Positions 57,752-64,000 of a stretch of 64,000 bases of DNA are shown here, in pieces (the stretch's first letter is position 1; the number at the start of each line of letters is the position of its first letter). Position numbers and translations under genes: made by a program. Source of the stretch: Candidatus Zixiibacteriota bacterium (lineage in GTDB: Bacteria > Zixibacteria > MSB-5A5 > UBA10806 > 4484-95). The notes under the pieces were generated by a model that saw only the letters and a program-made list of their open reading frames with translations, was not told the origin of the DNA and did no database searches. The DNA lies in contig JBBIRK010000005.1 in assembly GCA_037441845.1 (NCBI GenBank), positions 221,230-285,229 of the forward strand. The letters run 5' to 3'.

Positions 57752-59080
57752 TCAGGTTAACATTTTCTCGACGGCATCGGCCAGTTCCTCCGCCTTTTCG
57801 GGATCATAACTCTCGGCCATGATTCTTGCGACCGGTTCCGTATTGGAAAGGCGGACCTGAAACCAATAATCATCGAATACCAGTTTAATTCCATCTCTCA
57901 AATCTATTTTGCCTGCCTTAAAATTCTTCCTGATCTGTTGGGGATTTATTCCTTTCTTGGGGACCGCGATCTTTTTTTTAACCATGAACGTCCTCGGAAG
58001 TTCGCCGGCAATTTTTGATATCGGTAGCTTGCGGGCGGCCATATAGCTTAAAATTATCGCCGCCGCCTGTAACGCATCGCGGCCATAATGGATTCCGGGA
58101 TAAATAAGCCCGCCGTTTCCCTCACCCCCCGCCACACCGCCGGCTTGAATCAGTTTTTCGGAAACATTCACTTCTCCGACTTTGGTGCGATAGATCTTAA
58201 CGCCGGCCTCCCGGGCAACCCAATCATTCATCATCGATGATGACAGATTCACCGCCACCGGTCCTTTCTTCTTGGATAAAATATATCGCAAACCGAGCGC
58301 CAGCGTGTACTCTTCGCCAAGAGGCTTGCCTGTTTCGTCGACAATCGCCAAACGATCGCTGTCGGGGTCGAACGCGAAACCGATATCGGCCCCGAGCCTC
58401 TTGACCTCATGGCAAAGTTCATCAAGATTCTCAGCTGTGGGCTCCGGCGGACGCGGAAATCGACCGTCAGGAACGGCATTGATCAATTTTAGGCGGCAGT
58501 CCAGCGATCCGAACAGCTCGGCAGCCACGAATGATGCCGTGCCGTTTACGCAATCGGCAACCACCTTAAACCGAGCCTTTTTGATTTTCTGTTTCGCTAC
58601 GATATCGAGATCGAGGATGGATTCGACATGTTTAATATCCCAGCCGTCCTCCTGATTCGAACGCCCGTACCTGGACCTCGCTTTGGCCTTCCGCTCGACC
58701 ACGCGAAGGTATTTTTTGCTTTCGCTTTCGGTCAGAAACATCCCCCGCGACCCTATGAGCTTGAGTGCGTTGTATTCTATCGGATTGTGGCTGGCCGTAA
58801 TCACAACGCCTCCGGCCGAACCGGTTCGTTTAACTGCGAATTCCGCTGTCGGCGTGGTCACAACCCCGATATCGAGGACGTCACAGCCGGCCGACATCAG
58901 GCCGGCCGCCGCCGCCGCCGCCAGCATGGGACCATGATAACGCGTATCGCGCCCGATAACCACTGCTCCGCCTTCGATAAAACGACCGAAACCTCTCGCA
59001 TAATGCATGACCACTTCGGGAGTCAGGCTTTGGCCCACTATTCCCCTTATTCCGGAAACCGAAATCAATAATTTATCCAT
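57752..59080 (-). CDS. glmM: Phosphoglucosamine mutase / phosphohexomutase
   Basis: SGIRG, TASHNP, DPDSDR, GGEGNGG, RLSNTEP; directly upstream of glmS. Confidence 0.85.
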   Translation of the reverse strand: MDKLLISVSGIRGIVGQSLTPEVVMHYARGFGRFIEGGAVVIGRDTRYHGPMLAAAAAAGLMSAGCDVLDIGVVTTPTAEFAVKRTGSAGGVVITASHNPIEYNALKLIGSRGMFLTESESKKYLRVVERKAKARSRYGRSNQEDGWDIKHVESILDLDIVAKQKIKKARFKVVADCVNGTASFVAAELFGSLDCRLKLINAVPDGRFPRPPEPTAENLDELCHEVKRLGADIGFAFDPDSDRLAIVDETGKPLGEEYTLALGLRYILSKKKGPVAVNLSSSMMNDWVAREAGVKIYRTKVGEVNVSEKLIQAGGVAGGEGNGGLIYPGIHYGRDALQAAAIILSYMAARKLPISKIAGELPRTFMVKKKIAVPKKGINPQQIRKNFKAGKIDLRDGIKLVFDDYWFQVRLSNTEPVARIMAESYDPEKAEELADAVEKMLT

Positions 59081-59265
59081 CTATACCTCAATCATACGGC
59101 TCGGCTGAACACCCGCCGGTATTTTTATAATCGACGAATACTGAAAATATTTCGTATCGGCAATCTTTAACGTCACCCATTTCTCTTTTCATACTGCTTT
59201 CCATTCGATAATGGACTGATCATGCGACCTCCGCCGAAAACCGATTATTTTCGGTTAGATTAAAC

Positions 59266-60054
59266 TCATTTCCTCAATCGGCGGTTCATCCGGTGTAAAC
59301 TGAAAACGAAAAAAATCGAGCCACATACAAACAGCCATAACAAGTGAATCCAGATTCCATCGAGATGAGTTCCGCTGCAGAGAGCCCTGGTAACGTTCAC
59401 TACATGATATAAAGGCATCATGAACGCCACTTTTTGCGCCCAGGCCGGTAATTGCGTCACCGGGAAAAAAGTCCCGGCGAAAAGAAACATCGGCGTCATT
59501 ATTATCGTGAAAAAGTAATCGACGTAATTGATCGATGGAATATAAGTCATATAAGACAAGGCGATCGCTCCGTGAACGAAACCGGCGAACAGACACAAGA
59601 ACGGTATGAAAACCGCCAGCCACGATTTCACCAGGCCGAAAAGGGCGATCACGATAAGTATGGAAGTCCCCTGGATCAGCGCCCTGAATGCGCCGTAGAG
59701 CAGCTCACCGGTGGCGACATCTTCGATAGAAACAGGAGTGGAAATCATGGCGTTGAAAGTTTTCTGATAATAAAGCCTCACATACGAGCCCAACGTGTTC
59801 TCGAAAAACGGCGCCGACATGATCACCGAAGCCACCAGCGCTGGCGCGATGAACTCGACGTAGGACATGCCCTGGACTTTTACCACCAAGGCACCAAGCC
59901 CGTATCCCATGCCTACAAGATAAAACAACGGATCGAGAAAAGGCGGTATGATCGAGGTTTTCCACATTTTCAGGAAAACATCGCGATGCCTGAGCAGAAC
60001 ATATATCGATCGATGCGAAACACCGCCTAAAAGTCTCAACACTGATACCTCCAC
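59266..60054 (-). CDS. ABC-2 type exporter permease (NodJ-like)
   Basis: DPLFYLVGMGYGLG, SYVEFIAP, TPMFLFAGTFFP..QLP; start uncertain. Confidence 0.88.
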   Translation of the reverse strand: MEVSVLRLLGGVSHRSIYVLLRHRDVFLKMWKTSIIPPFLDPLFYLVGMGYGLGALVVKVQGMSYVEFIAPALVASVIMSAPFFENTLGSYVRLYYQKTFNAMISTPVSIEDVATGELLYGAFRALIQGTSILIVIALFGLVKSWLAVFIPFLCLFAGFVHGAIALSYMTYIPSINYVDYFFTIIMTPMFLFAGTFFPVTQLPAWAQKVAFMMPLYHVVNVTRALCSGTHLDGIWIHLLWLFVCGSIFFVFSLHRMNRRLRK

Positions 60055-60155
60055 GATATCCGATTGTTTAATGATACGTTTACCGATTTTGCAAGTCAAT
60101 ACCGCTATTCGCATTTTCTGTGGGTGAGACCTTTGCTTTCGCACCAATGCCGTCC

Positions 60156-60184
60156 TTGACTGCGGCCGAGCATTGATCTATTAT
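60156..60184 (+). promoter_or_regulatory. sigma70 promoter, predicted leaderless MATE transcript
   Basis: TTGACT-N17-TATTAT; ATG at 60191 is 7 nt past the -10 element; no SD. Confidence 0.6.
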
Positions 60185-60190
60185 GAACGC

Positions 60191-61543
60191 ATGGAATCTT
60201 CGGTTGATCCCTCAAACAGCGAAATCCGAAAGGCTATATTCGCGCTCGCGCTGCCGATCGTCTGGACCAACCTGTTGCAACGGGGCGTCGGCATAATCGA
60301 TGCTGTTATGGTCGGACATCTGGGGGCGAATGAACTTGCCGCGGTCGGAATGTCTCAGCTCGTCGTCATGTTTCTGATCGCGCTGCCGATGGGGATCGGG
60401 ATAGGTTCCATGATAATGGTAGCCAATTACACCGGAGAAAATGACTATCTCAAACGCAGCCGGGCCGCCCTTACCGGAATGACGATGGGTCTGGTGGTCA
60501 GCGCTCTGCTCAGCGTCATTTGCTATTTCCTCAGCTATCATGCCGCCAGAATGCTGGGGGCGGATATTCCCGTGGCTGAATTGTCTCAGCAGTATCTGAA
60601 AATAATCGCCATATTCTTCAGTGCCAAGGCGGCGATCTATATAGTAAGTTATATCTTTCAGGGAGCCGGCGACAGCAAGACTCCGTTGAGCGTAATAATC
60701 TGGGTGAATATTTTCCATATCGCGTTCGCTTATCCTTTGATCTACGGCCTCGACATACCGGTTTTGGGAATATCGCTCCCATCATGGGGGATAAAAGGAG
60801 CGGCTTTCGCCACCGGGATCACCGAACTCGGCGGGGCGCTGGTGCTTGTGCGTAAAGGGATGAAGATCGGGCTGCTCGGCAGACAACTCGAAAAACTCGG
60901 CAAGACCTTTATCTCCAAAATCGTGCATCTCGGGACACCGGTGTTTTTCGAGCGGATACTGACCACGTCGATGCAGATGGCCTATGCAAGGATGGTGGTC
61001 AGCTTTTCGGTGGCCGCCTACGCCGCCCACCAAATCGGGCTGAATATCGAGTCGCTCTCTTGGTTGCCCGGGTTGGCGTTCGGTCAAACCGCGACGGCCA
61101 TGGTCGGTCAGAATATCGGCGCCCGCCGGCCCGACAGGGCCCGCAGGGCCGGCTATCAATCGACGATGGTGGCGGTTATTTTCATGACGGGGCTGGGAAT
61201 TTCCTACCTTCTATTCCCACGACTTTGGGTCCGCTTGTTCACCAACGATCCGGAGGTAATCGCTTTCGGTATCACCTACTGTTACATTGTCGCATTCGTG
61301 CAGCCGCCTATGGCCTCGGCTATCGTTCTTTCCGGCGCTTTGCGCGGTGCCGGCAACACCCGTTTCGTGATGGGGTCCACACTGATCGGGGGATGGCTGG
61401 TTCGCCTGCCTTTCGCCTTTATCGCAGGCATAGTCCTTAAGGGCGGGATAATCTGGGTTTGGTTGGCTATGATTTTCGACTGGACGGCCCGCACTTTCAT
61501 CCTTCTTTGGCGCTATCGCCGCGAGATAAAGTTCCGCTATTAG
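60191..61543 (+). CDS. MATE family efflux transporter
   Basis: LALPI..DAVMVGHLG, GAGDSKTP, GIKGAAFAT, MVGQNIGA, GALRGAGNT. Confidence 0.93.
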   Translation: MESSVDPSNSEIRKAIFALALPIVWTNLLQRGVGIIDAVMVGHLGANELAAVGMSQLVVMFLIALPMGIGIGSMIMVANYTGENDYLKRSRAALTGMTMGLVVSALLSVICYFLSYHAARMLGADIPVAELSQQYLKIIAIFFSAKAAIYIVSYIFQGAGDSKTPLSVIIWVNIFHIAFAYPLIYGLDIPVLGISLPSWGIKGAAFATGITELGGALVLVRKGMKIGLLGRQLEKLGKTFISKIVHLGTPVFFERILTTSMQMAYARMVVSFSVAAYAAHQIGLNIESLSWLPGLAFGQTATAMVGQNIGARRPDRARRAGYQSTMVAVIFMTGLGISYLLFPRLWVRLFTNDPEVIAFGITYCYIVAFVQPPMASAIVLSGALRGAGNTRFVMGSTLIGGWLVRLPFAFIAGIVLKGGIIWVWLAMIFDWTARTFILLWRYRREIKFRY

Positions 61544-61683
61544 CGGCGAAGATTTCCGTTTTAAACCTATCGACGATACCCGCTCCATGATGACCATATT
61601 GGCGAACCGGGGCGTTGTGCTTTATCACGTTGAATTAAATTAGCGGAAAATTCTGCCGAAAATAATTCCAGGAAGAGGCGCTT

Positions 61684-62064
61684 ATGGTCAAGAACCCGAC
61701 CAAGAAAATATTGATAGTCGATGACAATCCGAACATGTCGGTTCTGTTGTCCGATATCCTAGAGATATTCGAATACAAGGGACAACATGCTCAAGACGGC
61801 GAAGAGGCGCTCGAAAAGCTCGATGCGGAACGATACGATATGGTTTTCACCGACCTGCGCATGCCCAAAATGGATGGAATCGATCTGCTTAAAGCGATCA
61901 AGGAGCACCATCCCGACTTACCGGTTGTGGTGATCACCGGCTATTCATTGGGGGAAACGCAAAATTTGCTCTTGACTCAGCAGGCGGACGGTTTCTTGAA
62001 CAAGCCGTTCAAGGTTAACGATATTCAGGATTTGCTTTCGCGGCTGCTCGGGTATTCAGGCTGA
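61684..62064 (+). CDS. Single-domain response regulator (receiver only)
   Basis: ILIVDD, TDLRMPKMDG, VITGY, KPF. Confidence 0.93.
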   Translation: MVKNPTKKILIVDDNPNMSVLLSDILEIFEYKGQHAQDGEEALEKLDAERYDMVFTDLRMPKMDGIDLLKAIKEHHPDLPVVVITGYSLGETQNLLLTQQADGFLNKPFKVNDIQDLLSRLLGYSG

Positions 62065-62224
62065 TTCTGCTCGATTCGATGGGCTAATCTAATTTGCTCG
62101 ATATAATTTACATTTGCAGTCGCCCCGTTTTTATGATCCGCTTTCGATAATAGACTCATGATTAAAATCCATTTGAATTAACCGTCGCAGATGGTATTTT
62201 AAGAATCGCCTGGACAAATCCAGC

Positions 62225-62250
62225 TGCAACTTTGGCAGGATAATGACGTA
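62225..62250 (+). promoter_or_regulatory. ECF (sigmaW-like) promoter, probably autoregulatory
   Basis: TGCAAC-N16-CGTA directly upstream of the SD of the ECF gene. Confidence 0.68.
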
Positions 62251-62271
62251 ATTCAAATCAAGGAGCGGCCG

Positions 62272-62841
62272 CTGTTAGCCGAACAGGACGAGAATCTGAT
62301 TCAGAGGGCGCTTCAGGGCGAACAAAAAGCCTATCAGATTCTCTTTGATGAGCATAAGCAGGCGATTTTTCACATTGTTTTCAAGATCGTGCACAGCAGC
62401 GAGGAAGCCGAGGATTTGGTTCAAGAAACTTTTATTAAAGCGTTCAGCTCCTTGAAAAGCTACAACCCGAGCTATCGTTTCTCCACCTGGCTTTACAAAA
62501 TCGCCGCCAACGCCTCGATCGACCATATTCGAAAAAAGCGAATCAATGCCTTCTCGCTCGACAGGCCGGTCGAGACTGACGATGGGGAGGTCGGTATCGA
62601 AGTAGCCGATAGCTCGTTCAATCCCGAGCGCGATTTGGCGGATAAGCACAAGCATATTTCGATCGAGGACGCCATTGATTCCCTACCCGAGAAATACAAG
62701 CAGGTCATCGTCATGCGGCATCAAGAGGACCAATCTTACGAGGAAATCGCCAAAGCGCTCAGAGTACCGGTGGGAACGGTGAAAGCCCGCATTTTCAGGG
62801 CCAGGGAACTGCTGAAAAAGAAGCTGAAATCGCTTCGTTGA
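62272..62841 (+). CDS. ECF RNA polymerase sigma factor (SigW/RpoE-like), probable CTG start
   Basis: DENLIQRALQGEQKAY N-terminal helix, EAEDLVQETFIKA, FSTWLYKIAAN, SYEEIA, GTVKARIFRAR. Confidence 0.92.
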   Translation: MLAEQDENLIQRALQGEQKAYQILFDEHKQAIFHIVFKIVHSSEEAEDLVQETFIKAFSSLKSYNPSYRFSTWLYKIAANASIDHIRKKRINAFSLDRPVETDDGEVGIEVADSSFNPERDLADKHKHISIEDAIDSLPEKYKQVIVMRHQEDQSYEEIAKALRVPVGTVKARIFRARELLKKKLKSLR

Positions 62842-62851
62842 AAAGACAATC

Positions 62852-64000
62852 ATGAAATACGCATTAAAAATCGTCGCCCTGACATTCTTGGGGATACTTT
62901 TTCATTACGGTTGGGTGGTTTCCGGCCCGCCCGAGAAAGATTATCGGAAAAAGACCGTGAAAATCGATCTGGAGACTGAATCGTTGGAAAATCGGATCGA
63001 CTCGCTCGGAATCCATGACATCGATCCCCTTCCCAGCTTGATCGATTCGAAATTGAAACGATCGCTGGCGAATCTCGAGTCGCTGAAACTCTCGACTTTC
63101 CGGGAAATCATTATCGATGAAGACGGCACGATACGGGTTTACTCTGATACCGGTATGATAACTATAATTGACAGTGTTTCGGACGAGCCGCAGCCGGAGA
63201 AATGGAAAGAACGGATAAGCAAGGGCGATGAGGGGATAGTAAGCTGGGGCAAGAACGTCGTGATCGACGAGGATATGCAGGTCGAATCCGACGTCCAGGT
63301 TTTCGGGGGCAACGTCACCGTGAAAGGCTCCGTTTTAGGCGACGTCCAGGTGGTCAGCGGCGATATTTACGTTACCTCGACCGGACACATAAAAGGCAAC
63401 GCCATGGCCCTCGGGGGCAGGATAAAGGTTGATGAAGGCGGGAAAATCGTTGGCTTGAGGATTCAGAGCAAGCTTCCTCTGGGGGGAATCAGACAAAAAT
63501 CGGTTCAACGGGTCGCTCAGGGCATTTTGCTGATAATAGTCGCTTTCGGGTTGCTTCTATCGGCCTTGGCGGTGGCTTTGTTCCCGGCTCCGTTGGAAAA
63601 GATCAGCGGGACGCTTAGGGAAAATTGGCTGAAATCGTTTTTCGTCGGATATGCCGGCTATTTTATCATGTTTATTATCTGGATTCTGCTCTTAGTCTCC
63701 GTAATCGGAATACCGCTGGCGATACTCGGCCAGCCTATCGGCCTGCTCATTTTCATGGTGCTGGCGCATGCGGCCGCCACCTTGACGGTCGGCGAGAGAA
63801 TGATCAAAGACTCGACGCCTTTAGGGAAATATTTCTACGGCTCGCTATTGACGACGATGCCGCCGATTATAATGCTTCTGATAGGGTATTTTACCGATTC
63901 GCTGCCGTTGATGGTGATTAATTTCATTCTGCTGGGATTGTTCATTTTTATTTTTCTGCCGTTCGGAATCGGCGCCGGATTGCTGACCTGGATGGGGAAG
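62852..64000 (+). CDS. Membrane protein with bactofilin-like beta-helix repeats and multi-TM C-terminus (3'-truncated; not in the ORF track)
   Basis: Open from ATG 62852 to the window end; repeats DVQVFGGNVTVKGSVLGDVQVVSGDIYV...GNAMALGGRI; SVIGIPL TM motif. Confidence 0.78.
   Translation, partial: MKYALKIVALTFLGILFHYGWVVSGPPEKDYRKKTVKIDLETESLENRIDSLGIHDIDPLPSLIDSKLKRSLANLESLKLSTFREIIIDEDGTIRVYSDTGMITIIDSVSDEPQPEKWKERISKGDEGIVSWGKNVVIDEDMQVESDVQVFGGNVTVKGSVLGDVQVVSGDIYVTSTGHIKGNAMALGGRIKVDEGGKIVGLRIQSKLPLGGIRQKSVQRVAQGILLIIVAFGLLLSALAVALFPAPLEKISGTLRENWLKSFFVGYAGYFIMFIIWILLLVSVIGIPLAILGQPIGLLIFMVLAHAAATLTVGERMIKDSTPLGKYFYGSLLTTMPPIIMLLIGYFTDSLPLMVINFILLGLFIFIFLPFGIGAGLLTWMGK

Noticed and set aside
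59088..59232. Small minus-strand ORFs upstream of glmM (16 aa at 59223-59173 after GGAGG; 38 aa at 59204-59088)
   Set aside because: No recognisable motif, marginal SD spacing, and lengths expected by chance; cannot be supported without conservation data.
1..64000. CRISPR arrays, IS elements, prophage or defence genes
   Set aside because: No regularly spaced repeats, transposase, integrase, phage or defence-type ORFs seen by eye; short degenerate elements could have been missed.

Overview
64 kb of a bacterial chromosome made up mostly of core genes, with no transposons, prophage or CRISPR seen. The LpxC-FabZ fusion, PorV-family barrel and T9SS/FlgD-type C-terminal domain suggest an FCB-related diderm such as Zixibacteria (inference). 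Contents in order: the distal complex I operon nuoH-N, interrupted by a two-piece GT4 glycosyltransferase; DUF502, PTS-EIIA-CBS, a cation exchanger, htpX and a CNNM/CorC gene; PorV-like, lptE, hutI, lpxC-fabZ and comM; mscS, a metal permease and an MIO lyase with Ala-Cys-Gly; minor type IV pilins; tRNA-Ser, tRNA-His and hisS; GT-C membrane proteins; aspS-phoH-7TM-HD-ybeY-corC; a sigma54 activator; rpmE-prfA-tldDE-prmC; a cobalamin riboswitch with btuB/btuG-like genes; glmM-glmS; a MATE transporter, a receiver protein and an ECF sigma factor. Main findings: (1) a self-contained sigma54 unit missed by the ORF track, comprising an activator, two palindromic enhancers, an IHF site, a -24/-12 promoter, a strong SD and a terminator, whose only clear product is a 20-aa histone-H1-like peptide, MPAKKKAKKTAKKPAKKSKK; (2) a tRNA-His lacking G-1/C73 (it has G1.U72, A73) next to a Caulobacter-type HisRS in an apparently non-alphaproteobacterial genome; (3) a natural Cys-MIO ammonia-lyase; (4) an ECF sigma factor that probably starts at CUG behind a sigmaW-like promoter. 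All product calls come from motif recognition by eye; no database searches were run.
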